This document shows, in pieces, positions 38,761-52,415 of a stretch of 64,000 bases of DNA. The notes under the pieces were generated by a model, which worked only from the letters and a program-made list of their open reading frames with translations, made no database searches and was not told the origin of the DNA. Position 1 is the stretch's first letter, and each line of letters opens with the position of its first letter. The position numbers were made by a program, and so were the translations under genes. Source of the DNA: Owenia fusiformis (lineage: Eukaryota); NCBI GenBank assembly GCA_903813345.2, contig CAIIXF020000001.1:35340001-35404000 (forward strand), read 5' to 3'.

Positions 38761-39329
38761 CAGTGGGGATCATAAAGATTTGCAAAAGCTATGAAAATTA
38801 CATGCTGTCGCACATGTAATAAATTCTTACCTCAGTGTATTCAGTGCTCTATTTTCTCCTTCTGAGTAAGTCCAAATATAGTGGAATTTGTGTCCCTAAT
38901 GACAAATAAGAACTTCAAAAGTTGAAGTGGATATTCACATGTTATGCCGACTCTTCAAATGTTGAGGTGATTTTGTCGCCCGATTGCGCCGGAACGGAGG
39001 ATTGGCTCCCAGAATGCAACATGACACGTGCCAGCTTTCAAAATGCTGTTCCGCCATTTTGAAACCTGTCATGAGTAAATACGGTAACTGATGTTGCATT
39101 CTGGGAGTCAACCATCCTTGGATAACAAACATGGCGATTCATGAAAACATGCATTCGATTTGGTAGGGATTTATCCATTATTTGCAGGTATGAAGCTTTG
39201 GATTCATGGTCCTACTTTAGTGAACGGGAATTATTTTTCTACCGCTTGGGAGAGTTTGAGACACGAAACTTGGAAATAAGCTCATTGTGACAACTTGTGA
39301 ATGTTGAGTTTTATTTTTGTCCCCCACTG
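38761..39329. mobile_element. Tc1/mariner-type non-autonomous element
   Basis: TA|CAGTGGGG ... CCCCACTG|TA. Confidence 0.65.
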
Positions 39330-39713
39330 TAAAAAGGGAGCTCGATTTTGATGCTACCTGAAATTTGTAGAAAATGATTGTAAGATATATCCAGTAAAAA
39401 CATAAGGAATCCTTTCAACAATCGACATGCTGATTCAAACAACTCTGCAGAGTAAAGTTACCCAAAATGGTAGAATTCCATCCACTAGTTTCTGAGAAAT
39501 CTGAAGAATATGTAAAGAAGTGATTACAGTGCAAGTACCGAAAAATTTTGCAACCAAATTATTACCTCCAGAGTCGATTTCTTCCCCAAGACACGTCCAC
39601 TGTTATAAATTGGTAGTTCCTAGAGTTCTTTGTTTCCTTAGGTTCATTCCCGTATGTTATTTTTAACGAAGGACAGCCTATAACGACTGCTATACGCAAA
39701 AAGATGCATGAAA

Positions 39714-40121
39714 TTAAAAGTTTCGAAACTGAAAGTTGAAAAATGGCGACTTTCCCGTGTTCTATGCGCAGGTGCATTCAATCCAGCAATTTGATTAGTT
39801 CATATTATATGAACGCATGCGCAATAACTACACATATATTTTTAGATAGATGTCACTTGCGTTCATTATTTCACAGCAGTCCCTTCCCATGATGCACCTA
39901 ATATCGCGGAAATATTTTCCTTTAGTGATAAAACAAATAACTCTCATTTTCGAAATACATTTTCCATTCCTTTGGTATCTAAGTATAACCGAACCAACCG
40001 CCGAAAAGTAATTCGAATCCTTCTGAATCTTGGGAATGAAGTACTTTCATTTTTGCGCATGCGCCGCGTATAGAACACGGGAAAGTCGCCATTTTTCAAC
40101 TTTTAGTTTCGAAACTTTTAA
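39714..40121. repeat. Inverted repeat pair (MITE-like core)
   Basis: TTAAAAGTTTCGAAACTGAAAGTTGAAAAATGGCGACTTTCCCGTGTTCTAT at ~39714 and its reverse complement ending at ~40121. Confidence 0.7.
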
Positions 40122-40589
40122 TAACTTTTAGAAACTTTTAATCTACGAGGTGATATTGATATCTGCTCAAGAGAGCAAAGCGAACGAGTACATATATCAA
40201 CATCACAGAGTATATCGTCACAATATCCTCCGCATATTGGGTTTTCCGGAGTATATCGTCACAATATCCTCCACCCGGAGTATATCATCACGATATCCTC
40301 CAGTTATTCATTTTGCCAATAAATATCAAATTTATTTTTTGATGTTATTATACATTTAGTACACTAAGTGTAGGATAATCACATTTATTTTATGAATATT
40401 CATAGTGTTTATTTGACCTTTCATCGCCATTTCCTAAGTTCACTCGGTTTCTGAGAAAAACCACCCCTTATCGACTTTACAACCCGTTGTTAAAGTGTGT
40501 AAGGGTTCCAGGGTCTTGAAGCAAACCTAATGAGTACCATGCAGCAAAGATTATCTTTTAACCATAAGGTTTCCCATGTGTAATTTCAG

Positions 40590-40671
40590 GATACATGTAC
40601 AGGGTTCCTATTAGGAGGTATAGGAGAACTGAACAAGCATAGACATCCCAACTTCATGGTAGTAGACAAAA
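40590..40671 (+). CDS. ATP6V1F: V-ATPase subunit F coding exon 2
   Basis: [39 protein letters not shown]. Confidence 0.97.
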
Positions 40672-40917
40672 GTAAGTCAGTTTTTAAGATTCATGTTATT
40701 ACAGGTACTGCTTGTTTTGATCACCTTGATCCATCATGATATTTTATTTTCTGATTGAAGGAACATACTGGTATATCACCATACATGTGAGAGTTAGCTT
40801 GGAGTTTCATGAGCAATGTCTCTGGTCACATCTGTACGAGGAAAATATTGGGGAGGTTATGGTATCAAAAAAGCTTCATGCAAGAGTATTAAACTAATCC
40901 CAGCCTTTTATTTCCAG

Positions 40918-41000
40918 GCACAAGCGTAAGTGAGATAGAAGACTGTTTCAATGCCTTCAAAAGCAGAGATGAAATTGCAATTATTCTCATAAATCAAAAT
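40918..41000 (+). CDS. ATP6V1F: V-ATPase subunit F coding exon 3
   Basis: TTTCCAG| (S)TSVSEIEDCFNAFKSRDEIAIILINQN |GTAAGT. Confidence 0.96.
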
Positions 41001-41280
41001 GTAAGTAGATTTTTTTAGGCCTAAAGAAGAACATAAATAAATACTAAATCTGAAATGTTATTCATTTCTTAATTTGACCCCTTTTTTAAATCATTACTCC
41101 AATTTTAAGACTTTATGATGATTTCTAAGGGTCTTGTGAGAAAATGAGAAAAATAATGAAAAATTTGCATATTTTCACCAATATTTTGGTCTTAATTGGG
41201 AAAATGAGTATTTTGTATCCATTTGAAAAAATCCTGGGAGAACACTATTGATATACAACAGTACACAATGAACATTCTAG

Positions 41281-41403
41281 GTAGCTGAGGAGATCCGCCA
41301 TGTGCTAGATGCCCACACTGACCCCACACCAGCTGTACTAGAGATCCCAAGTAAAGATCACCCATACGATGCAAACAAAGACTCCATCCTCAGGAGAGCT
41401 AAG
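41281..41403 (+). CDS. ATP6V1F: V-ATPase subunit F coding exon 4
   Basis: [53 protein letters not shown]. Confidence 0.97.
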
Positions 41404-41965
41404 GTATATTGAGGTTGTTCAGTATCTTGCATTTGTTTTGTTTTGCTTCTTTTATATATTGATGCTGATTGGTACATCAACAATGTCTAAAATTGTTATA
41501 TTCTGTGGTGATTGTGTTCTGAATACCAAAACCATCTTAAAGTGTGGTTCATGCTTTATGGTATGGCTAGGGGTATTTTCAATATAAAAACACTCCATAT
41601 GTACCTATCATAAATGAACACCCATCATTATTTACACCCTAATTAAGGTTCATAATTCTCAAGCAACAATTAAGTCAATATTTTTATCATCTGCAGATAG
41701 TAGACCAGGGATCATTCATAAGATTACTGCCAATGAAAATGATAGAACAGTTTGGAAATATAAAATAAATAGTTGCAATTATATTGAGCATTAAAATTAG
41801 TTGCATATAAATTAATTGACATCAAAGGCATTGGAAATTACTTTAAAATTAAATTGATAATGTAAGAGTGCCACTGTTGATAACTGAAATAAGTAAGTAA
41901 ACCATCTAAATAAATGATATAAAGAGTTGTGGTATTTGTGAAGATTTTGTTATTTCTGATTGCAG

Positions 41966-41995
41966 GGAATGTTCAGTGCAGAGGATCTACGATAA
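41966..41995 (+). CDS. ATP6V1F: V-ATPase subunit F coding exon 5 (last)
   Basis: TTGCAG| GMFSAEDLR-TAA; candidate AATAAA at 42079-84. Confidence 0.95.
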   Translation, partial: GMFSAEDLR

Positions 41996-43440
41996 TCCCA
42001 TGGATAGCATCTGTCGTACCTCATTATAGGAATTCCTCCACTTGAACAATATAGCTGGAATAATATGTATATAAGACAAATAAAAGCAGCGTTCTCTTCA
42101 GCAATTCATTAACTGGGTGTTGCACCTGGTTGATAATTCAAAGTTACCTGTCTGTCACCCACTTGAAAAATCCTTTTGCACATAAGGACATTCCTCACCT
42201 GTACAATGGAAATTGAGAATTTTACACCCACTAGTTGAGATAAAATACAATGAAGAAGACCAGGATGAATATTGTGTATAAATACTACACTGTGTATAAA
42301 CCAAATAGCATATAGAATAGATCATGGACATGTGTAGACGCACATTTCAATATTGTTGGCACATGCAAATTGCAAAACTAAACATCCTCCTAGCATATGT
42401 ACAGAATCTGTTCCTTCTTCTTGATCTAGGAAACCCTATATTCGGAAAATAAGAGTTATCAGAAGACTTATGTCTGAACTGAATTTATGTTTTCAATTTT
42501 AAATGGTGATTTAATCCAGCACCTACACTGTACACTTATAATTAATTGTCTGGATTGGAGAGAGGGCTCATGTTGCATTATTTAGTCGATTAATATCTCA
42601 AAGACAGAAGTTCATCATCATCATAAAATTTATTTTTAAATGACAGTTAAATCCAATACCCACTGTGTATACAGTACTTATGATTGATTGGCTGGATTAG
42701 AGGGCTCATCATAAAATATTATTTTAGAATATAAAATGGTTTTCATGATTTGAGATTTGCTGTGAATCGTTACTCCGTGGAGTTAAGTTGTTATAAAGAA
42801 GTCTTGAGGCAGACTCATGGTGTGCGATCTGTGATTTATGGTTGTTGTTTGCCATCTCATCATCTCTAATTTATGATCTTTGTGGGTGATAATTACAGGT
42901 TGATAAAGAATTGATAGCATTATGTGACTTAAACTTTTGTGATGTTATTACTTCCGTTCAGAAAATTAGTAGACTGTCAATGACCATAGACCAAGATGAA
43001 TGTCCTATGAAGGTGAAGAGAGACAATGACCTTGGTCAATTGCAGTAAAGTCTCTATATGAATCACTGCAAGTTTGACATCTTTTTAAGATGAATACAGT
43101 TTTGAAAAGGTTTTCTGAGTTAAACAATTCACCAGATACAATTTTCATTAATTTCCATGTGAGAAATGACTATGTGCAGACTGATTATAAGTTTAATAGT
43201 TTAAAGACCAATCTAGAACTTGTTTCACTTACATAGGTTTTAATGAAGATGTAGATGTGGGTAATGTAATAGCAATAAATCAAGGTCATGAAAGTTAAGT
43301 GGGATTTACTGAAAAGGAACTTGAATGATAAATGATTGGAAATCTTGCTATATCATTGATCATTTGCTGATCTTCCAATCATTTCTTCCACTTATCAATG
43401 TCAGTTTAACTTCCTTGTGCCTTAACCTGTGACTCTCTGA

Positions 43441-43815
43441 TACATCCACCCTGAATCTATACCACATCTTCCCTGAATCCATACCACGTCTACCCTGAAT
43501 CCATACCACATCTACCCTGGATCCATACCACATCTACCCTGGATCCATACCACGTCTACCCTGAATCGATACCACATCTACCCTGGATCCATATCACATC
43601 TACCCTGGATCCATACCATGTCTACCCTGAATCCATACCACATCTACCCTGGATCCATATCACATGTACCCTGGATCCATACCATGTCTACCCTGAATCC
43701 ATATCACATCTACCCTGAATCCATATCACATCTACCCTGAATCCATACCAAGTCTAGGCTGAATCGATACCACATTTACTCTGAATCCATACCATATCCA
43801 CCTTGAATCCATAAT
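43441..43815. repeat. Minisatellite, 22-bp unit
   Basis: About 17 copies of CATCTACCCTG(A/G)ATCCATACCA. Confidence 0.95.
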
Positions 43816-45860
43816 ACCCTCTGACTTTTACAAATGATTTTACAGTTTTAGAGCTGAAAACATCTTAACATTCTCAAATGAAGTTTTCATTGCTTTTAGA
43901 GTTTGGAGTTTGATGATGGATGTTTGGAACATGATGCTGTAGAAAATGCAGTGTTTTGAATTTTTCATTTATATTCTGGTTGTATTTAGGTTTTGATCAG
44001 AGAATTGTCTCTCATTAAGAGTTTACCCAAGTTGAGCTTTTGCGAAGGGTAGGATACACTCACTGACAGTTCTTGAATTAGTCTCAAGTTACATCCTGGC
44101 TGCCTGGATTATAATGATGAATGATGACAGGCTTTATTTGTCAACACCAGAATGTACTTTCAATGGGAAACTGATCACATCCTTCATGAAAAGGTTTCAT
44201 TGCTCTTTCATTTCAGCCCCTCATGGCCCAATACTTTCACTTTAGGAGTAATAAATGAGCTGGGTTTCTTATTGGTAGAAGCAATAATGCGTCCTACCAT
44301 CACACTGCTCCATACTGAATTTTAATGGGCATGTTTTGTCCTTCTGTTTATCACCCTTAATGAGATTTTTATCCAGACTAGGGCAATAAACTCATTAGTG
44401 AATATATATTAATGCCTGTTTATCACTATAAACTATCTTTGGAAAATCACTGTTGATTTAAAAATGATTTCAAAGATTGCTTGTAACAATGGTTCTGATT
44501 GGCTGGTGATTTAAGGGCTGTCTGGAAGTTTGTTGACATAATACCATAAATAGCCAAGCTTGACCGAGGGTATGGAAAGAAGTGAAATACCCTTTGATCA
44601 AGGATGACTGGTATTCATCCTAATGTGGAAGCTTTAGAACACAAAGCGAGGGTAAATACCTAATATGTTCAGCATATCTATCCCTTTTCAAACTTCAAAA
44701 AAAACATAATGTATACATGTATCTTTCAATTTATCCCACTTCTAAGTGGATTACAAATGAAAAAATTACATTTGAAGTACAAATTAAGCTTTGTGGATAA
44801 AGTACTAAACCTTGAATATAATTTGTAACTGTAGCCTATTGCCTCATTTTGTGAACATTTGTGTACATGCTTTCACATTTCACATGTATATTCATCTTCT
44901 GGTCTACATTCTACAGAGTGTCTTAGAAGAACAGATTGACTTGCCATTTCTCTTGTGTATATTCCAGGACACTCTGTGCATCATAAATGATTCATTTAAT
45001 TTATTGACAGTCACGGGAAGTAAGTCACCCCTCCCTGTTATATTCTGTATAGAATAATATAAGAATATTAGAGGGGAGGGGTGATTAACTCCCTGTGTTG
45101 ACAGTTGCTTAAGAAGAACTATGATTATTGTCAATTAATAGTACAATAACGTCATTTCGATGGGCAATGCCCAAGGTCAAATATTTCACTATATTGCCCG
45201 CAGAAATGACATTATTAGTATTATTACCACCGTTATTGACCAGGTCTGAAACAGCAAGAAAATCTTACGCACTGAACGATATCTAATTTCCCGGGGAAAA
45301 TTGCCGGTCAAGAATTGCATTCTCGACCGTGAAATATGGACCACCACTATGACGTCACATATTACTCAGGTCGATATAGTAAAATAAAATGAATACCTTC
45401 TAAACTAGCACTAAAACCCCTAGAACTGGCCCGGCAAGGTGGTAATAATTATCTATAATTCCAACTTGAGAATGAGAAATTGACAATCTAAATATGTATT
45501 TGGTTAGCATACTATGCAATGTCAAGCTGATCAATATTGTACAAGTTGTGTTGAAATTATATTATGCTACATGAACAGCTTTTATATGAATTGTTGTGAT
45601 AGAAGACATATGTGCAATACATTCCAAATAAATGTATAGAAATTATTTCATTTTGTCATATTTTTTAAATGTAGGAATTAAATCCTGCGGCCAGGGCTGA
45701 CGAAAGTTGCATTGTTACTTGAACCTGTTAGTCTCAGCTTGAACATGTTACCTTCCTTCAGTGTAAGACATTTCTTGAAAAATGAAGTTCTATAATTTTC
45801 CATTTTTATTTACAGATTGATAATAGTCAAATTATTTACAATAATCATAATGATTATTAA

Positions 45861-46070
45861 AGGGGCTCAACCTCATAAAAATTCTACAAAAATACTATAG
45901 TGAAATACAAACCTTCTTTGCTAATTATATATCAAAGTAAGACAAAATAATCTAGCAATTTACTCTGATATTAACAGAAGACTAATTTTAATCAAAACTA
46001 TTAGATATAGTACAAAGTTACAGATTGCGATTTTGACTTATTTTAGGATTTAAATTAGAGGTTGAGCCTC
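45861..46070. mobile_element. Short MITE with Kolobok-like ends
   Basis: TTAA|AGGGGCTCAACCTC ... GAGGTTGAGCCTCT|CTAA. Confidence 0.5.
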
Positions 46071-46262
46071 TCTAAAGGAACAAATATAAACTATTCAGTA
46101 AATCTTCAAAAATTCATGCCAACTATGTGTCCATTATATATCAAATACTAGTCTTTATTTATTGTCATAAAAGTATGATCTGTGAAAAATTTGATATAAT
46201 TTAGAGAATTTTCACAAGCATAAATTTTTGGGGATACCCTGTATATAAATAGGTATTTCAGA

Positions 46263-47339
46263 TTAGTCACCGCTTGGATTAATTGTTGCATCCTTTTTTT
46301 CATTTGATATTCCATTTTCTGTTGAGTTTGATGTTACCTTGATTTTCTTTATTCGTGTACATATATTCCAGGCTAATAATCGGATGTACGCAAGCCGAAA
46401 TTCTTTACTTTTGAATCCATATATAATAGCATTTGAAAATGAGTTGCAATATATGAAGATTGCTGAAAATCGATATAAGATTTGAAGCCAGATTGGCGCT
46501 GGGTTGTAGTATACTAACATAATGGTCGTGCAGATAAATGGTATGAAACATATCATCAAAACTGCATATACCCAAGCGACCATTTTAGTCAATTTAAAAT
46601 CCTTGCGTTGAGACGGACATGTAGTTCCATTTCCTTGACAACGATGCATTGCATGCTGGATGTAGATTTTTTTATGTTGTTGCCAGGCAATTATGAAGAT
46701 GTAAGCGTAAGCGAGGGTGCTGAGGGTAAGGACACTGAACACATGGAAAGTGAGGAGCAGGAATGTTCGTCTGTAGACAACTGACCAGAGACACATATCA
46801 CCTTCATTGTACTGGTAGAATATCTTCATAATGACCACACAAATGACAGTATAGCTCCATATAAGGGCAATAACGATTTTGATCTTTCCGTCAGAGAACC
46901 ATTTTGTGTGTAGATATGGTCTACTTATTGATACAAATCTGTCAAGTGTTACCAATAAGAAGTTCATCAAGGAAGCTAAGGCGCCAAGAGTTATACATGG
47001 AATACATATAAGACATGATATCTTCTCTGCGTTTTTATTTCCAAAATAGTTCACAAGATTTGGCGCGTAGAATCTAAATGAACATGATAGTAGCGCTAAT
47101 CCCAATAAAAAATCAGCACATGCGAGGCTAAGGATGAACTTATTAGCACTGGTTTTCCTTAAGCATTTAAATTTTACGATACTAACGATTGTTAATAAAT
47201 TAGTTGATATAATTAGCACTGCGACTATCATACACATTATGATGACGACCCATACAACTTGAGGATGTTCCTGATCCATCGATGGTGGAAGTAGACTACC
47301 ATTACTTCCTGTTGGCTCCAATGTTGTAATTCTGTTCAT
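46263..47339 (-). CDS. Rhodopsin-like (class A) GPCR with single-exon CDS; orphan resembling amine/adenosine receptors
   Basis: Intact 358-aa ORF with seven hydrophobic segments. Motifs: TM1 STNLL, TM2 LACAD, TM3 DRF, TM4 W, TM6 CFIPF, TM7 NSFSNAIIY, helix 8 KEFR. N-terminal NGS sequon. Confidence 0.93.
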   Translation of the reverse strand: MNRITTLEPTGSNGSLLPPSMDQEHPQVVWVVIIMCMIVAVLIISTNLLTIVSIVKFKCLRKTSANKFILSLACADFLLGLALLSCSFRFYAPNLVNYFGNKNAEKISCLICIPCITLGALASLMNFLLVTLDRFVSISRPYLHTKWFSDGKIKIVIALIWSYTVICVVIMKIFYQYNEGDMCLWSVVYRRTFLLLTFHVFSVLTLSTLAYAYIFIIAWQQHKKIYIQHAMHRCQGNGTTCPSQRKDFKLTKMVAWVYAVLMICFIPFICTTIMLVYYNPAPIWLQILYRFSAIFIYCNSFSNAIIYGFKSKEFRLAYIRLLAWNICTRIKKIKVTSNSTENGISNEKKDATINPSGD

Positions 47340-49750
47340 AATCCTTCAGTACGTTTGACAATATTAGTTCCTGTTAAATGTCTCTGAACTATGATTCAAT
47401 TCCAATAGGTTCTGTCCTTCTGGGTTAAGAGCTGTTTATCGAATCCAATTAGTTAAAGTTGGATGTATTCTTTCAGCAATAATTTCTCTTCTAGAAAAAA
47501 TATATGTTTAACATTATCTGATAATAGTACTTTCCATTAAAGCAATCCTCTTTGAAAAAACTCCGCTAACATTATTTGGTTGAATCAGTTATAACTTCAT
47601 AAATTAGTTGAAAAACATGTTTTCCCAATCACTTAGTCAATAGGTAGGGTTACCGATTATGTAACATTGTAGCTAATGCTCTTCTCTCATTTTTCTCAAT
47701 CAAAATAATAGCAAGCTAGTAAAGCACCTTGTTTGAATTTTATTAATACATGTATAAGGTACATGTATAAGGTGTATATATCAACAATGATGCCAAAAGA
47801 GAAAGTAAAAACCAATGTCGCTCCTATATTTTATCCTTTAATTCACAATTATCTCAAACTATGATACTTATTGGTTGAAAACAATATAACTGTTATTCAG
47901 AAAAATTCCAGATTTGTTGAATATTGATTGGTACCTGCATTAGTGAGGAATTGCTATCTGTCTCCTAAACTGATTATCCGGCCATTAACGTTATTGAAAT
48001 AGGTGTTCTATTATCATAAACATTAATCTCCCGACTGTTACGAGATTAAAGTTTCATGGAAGACGTGCAGGTAGCGAACTTCACTTGACTTCAAAGTCGG
48101 TTGTATAGTTTCTCTTAAAAGGGAGGTTCAGCTACAGGTTTTTAAGAGAATCAGTAAATATGAATGCGTAAAATTATGTCCCTCCCAGAATTAGTTATCC
48201 CTTTGGAGTATAAACTTGCCTGATAGAGTATAATAGTATAAGGAAAATAGTTGTCATCAGGAAAACACAATCAGTGGCACAGTAATCCATGGGGGTCATA
48301 AATAAGCTCCAATACAAGCATACATTTAAGGATACATAATAACATTCTTATATTAAATAACAGCCAAGGCTAGGCTAAGCAATAACACACCTCATAAATA
48401 TCATCATAAGTGTCCATGGTCTAATTGGCCTCCATGTTGAATATAGGTTAATGAGTTAAGATGTACTTTGGGAGTTCACAGTCAGCTGCTTACGTTTCTG
48501 TGAGATTCGTAAATGTATTCAGTTAAGTGAGGAATTAATTTGACTGATGCTTCCGATCCCAGTTTGTCCATAAATGAGAGATAATACCTCATTGAATATG
48601 TTGAATGAACTAAACCAATGCACTCATCTACTCCATTGGTCATTACCAAAGAAACATACTATTACGTAATAGAGAATATGTGTTTTATTCATAGGGAAAT
48701 GTAAATAATTTATGCAATCAATTAAACAAAGTTAGATTTTCAAATTCTCAAATATTTCTCTCTTAATTACAATACAAAAATACATTTATTACAATACAAA
48801 AAACTGATTTGATGGATTGCAATAGAATGCGCAGGATTTCATAGATATACACTCCCCTCCAAAAGTTTGGCAAACCTGATTCCCCATTGTAAAATGTATT
48901 TCAAAAAGCTTGTTTATGTTTTTATTTGAATTCCCTCAAATACAATAGATCGACAGTCTATGGGTTAATTTGCTAATTTTTTAAAAATGGGCTTTGATTG
49001 AATATAGGAGATGATGCTGTGCCATACTTATGATGGGGGGGGGGATGTATTATCACTTTTGTATGGGCAATGCATGTTATTCTAAATGGATTACTTAAAG
49101 GAATAAAACTTCATTGCATAGGTAAATTATATTTTTTCAATACTTTAATGACCACCTTGTAATGTCACACCCATTACTAACTACCTGGTACACTACTTTC
49201 ACCACTTAAACACTCTACCCTACAACGTGACAACATTTAAAAGGAATACAGGTTACAGTCTGAGACTAACATACCCTTTTATATTTGTCTCAGCTGCAGT
49301 GAAGTTGCAAAAGGAGGAGTTTATTTCCATGTTTCTGGGGTAAACTAGATTTTGCATATCTCGTGCATGTGTGATCGAGGTAGGGTAGAGCGTTAAAATT
49401 CACCATTTAAAAATACTGAGTTGCCAAATGCACACTGTATATCTATTATGACCTCTGGGTTTGATTAGAAATTCTGAACATGTCAAGAGGCATCTTCAAC
49501 ATAACATTTTCAAAAATTTCTCTCCTGGTTTTCATACATAACAAAATACATGTAGTGCTATATTGGCCTTTTTGAAGTCTTCACATTTAAATATCCCAAT
49601 TAAGCATGTACTAAACCAGTAGTTTTACAAGAAAGTGTCAACTGGCATACATGACAAGAGTGTATGCATGTGTACTTGTACTAGGTGTTTGGACTTACAA
49701 TATGCACCAATCACTAACACAAGGCAATATCTTATTAGCATTATCCTGTA

Positions 49751-49837
49751 CAGTAGAACACCACACAAGTGGAACACCTCACAAGTGGAACACTTTTTTG
49801 TGGTCTCAAGTGTATTCTACATTCACAGGTTCTACTG
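49751..49837. mobile_element. pogo/Tigger-like MITE, short copy
   Basis: TA|CAGTAGAAC ... GTTCTACTG|TA with AAGTGGAACAC repeats; related to 54781-54958. Confidence 0.65.
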
Positions 49838-50984
49838 TAATGTATATACTTAATGGTTACTCTTATATTACAACTTAGCAGTTGATATATGAGAAAAAGG
49901 CAATAAGGTAGATAAAGACTGCTCGAACTTTTCCCTTCAGAGTATACTCATTAATCTCTAATCCTTATTCACATTACTTATGCAAGTGAAAAAGTAACTT
50001 TCTGAATAATTTCAATTTAATACATCACTTTAGAGCTGAATTCTATAAGTGAATCATCTTAACCTCAATTACTGGATTAGACACTAAAACTAATTAATAA
50101 AATAATCCAAAATAGCTAACATTGTAAATGTCATTGACTAAGTACTTCCTTCTTTTCAGTATACATAATTGATAAATCATTGCAGAATGCTCATTATATG
50201 AGGACATTGTACCGAAAGGAATTCCATGATTAGCCCTTCAGCATAATGCCTTTCAATTCAATGATTTTTGGAATTGCAATGCTTTTTGGAATTACGAAAT
50301 GTACCTAAATTAGCATGTATACTGTGAATGCTATAACATAAGATTAAATCATACACCCCATATATATTACAGCATATATATTTTCATAAAAATATCCAAA
50401 TAAAACAGGCAAGGTTTCTTTTGTGTAATAAGGCATATCATAAGCTTTCATGTACCTTTTAAGGAAAATATCCAATAACTGGTAGCTCGTTTCGCTTCAT
50501 TTCGTACACATAATGCATAGAGATAAAATTTCCTAATTAATAATTTGCTGTGGTTGATGGAGAAAAATCTTCAATTTACAGAATTATTTTTTCATGAAAC
50601 AACGAATTCTGTTGCTCTTTTACATCACAATGAGCCTTCAGGTCAAAATGCACTGTTCACTGATATATTTGTTTGAACTTATTTTGTAATACAAGGACAT
50701 GGCCAGGATCTAAAATTAGATGAGGCAGTTTTCTTGATGGAATTCATTTCACACTTATTAGTAGGAAAAATGTCTGAAATCTACCATATGAGTTATATGG
50801 CATTTTGATGAAACAATATCCACCAAAAGGTATTACTTCAAACCATACTTAAACCATAATCACGATACGTTATCAAAATTGGACATTGGACAAATATGTC
50901 TGTTTACTAAATGATCACTTCAATTGTTTAATGTGCGTCGATAAACAAATTTCAATTAACCCATCAAGATGTGGCGGTCATAAG

Positions 50985-51551
50985 ACAGTGGGCAATGATA
51001 TGAGTATTCATATTTTAAATATGAACAAATACGCTCCACTACTCCACTACGTAAAATAACGCATAAAAATGGTGGCCATTTTTTAAATTGGCCGCCTGGC
51101 ATCTACTAGCCAGTGTCATAACACAGTTTGGCATGCTTATGACAATATCAAATATGAACCAAATCGCTTCACTACTTTTCAAGTTACAGCAAAAATCATT
51201 TTTCAAGATGGCCACCATGTTAAATATTTAGACTTAAATCTTCATCAATATCCTATATAATTTTTGCATTTAAAATATATCAATATAATAGTTTTATATA
51301 ATTATTGTGCCTAACATACAGTAATACTGACACTAATATCGCAGCCATTTTGAAAGTGGTGCAGAACGGAACTTGTTATCGAGCAGAATTTGTATGAGGC
51401 ATACAGACGGGGACATATAAAATATGAAAGATATTGGTCCAACGGTATTTGAGTTAGTGCCCAGACAGACGGATTGACATAGAGGCACAGATGTACGTAC
51501 ATACGGAGCCATTCTCTATATCCCTACAGACTTTGTTCAATGGGATAATAA
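50985..51551 (+). mobile_element. HINE-like element of the same family as 22178-23028
   Basis: Shares AAATATGAAC(A/C)AAATCGCT(C/T)CACTACTTTTC, the GACAGACGG microsatellite and the TATATCCC..GGGATAATAA end. Confidence 0.6.
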
Positions 51552-52415
51552 TCATTCCTCTACTGTACATTCGATAATACTACTATCAATTGATATGCAT
51601 AAAACTAAATATAATACCTTCTAAATATAATGAATAGTAGATGAAACTATTGATATAAAATGCTAAAATAAACTAAAATGTACTGAATCAACAAATGTTG
51701 TTCAATTTGGTCCTCATTATTACTTTGACCTATGCCAGATTGCATTTGAGCAATATTACATGTCTAATGTCTTACATTTTTGGAATGATTAACACCATCT
51801 ATTAATAAAAACATTTTCCATGAATACATTTGATTTAGAAATAATTACTAGTCTCACATTTAATGTAACCACAGTATACTACAGGCTTAAAGGGCCACTA
51901 TCTGCAATTTTAATCCTCGATGATTTGGACCTCAAAATATTTCTAATTTAATGTTACTTGCACCATCAAAATACCTTCTTTTCTATAATTAGTATAATAA
52001 TTACCAAAATGTTGAAAAACATTATATAATTACATTTCAAAATTGAAATAGGTGAGAGTACTTTAATTCAATCTAGAACCTGTCAAGCAATTTTTCAAAG
52101 CTTTGGTATTTCCGGAAAAGAAACTTGAACCAAAGTCTATTATGGTGAAACTTTAAGTTGAAAAGTTCAATCATTGCAAATTAAAATATTTGGGTTATTT
52201 AGGATTGAAATGGCCGACATTGGATTTTAAACATACCAAGTCCAAGCTAAAGGCTACACCCTACAACTACATTCAATTCTGATGTGCCAAACTGTCTCTG
52301 GCTTAAAAAATGCTACATTTCATGTAAACATTTATGTAAAATATCACAGTTGTAAAATATATCCCCACTTCCTTCATTGCTAGCACATGCTACATCAACA
52401 TTCACACACTGACAC

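Larger units (their letters stand above)
29635..41995 (+). other. ATP6V1F: Gene span: V-type proton ATPase subunit F, 5 coding exons, 122 aa
   Basis: join(29635-29685,40590-40671,40918-41000,41281-41403,41966-41995) gives [122 protein letters not shown]. All introns are GT-AG. Confidence 0.97.

Noticed and set aside
44500..45450. Crypton-like non-autonomous elements (also ~27820-27950 and ~40145-40380)
   Set aside because: Short internal palindromes are suggestive, but I cannot define ends or target sites from single copies.
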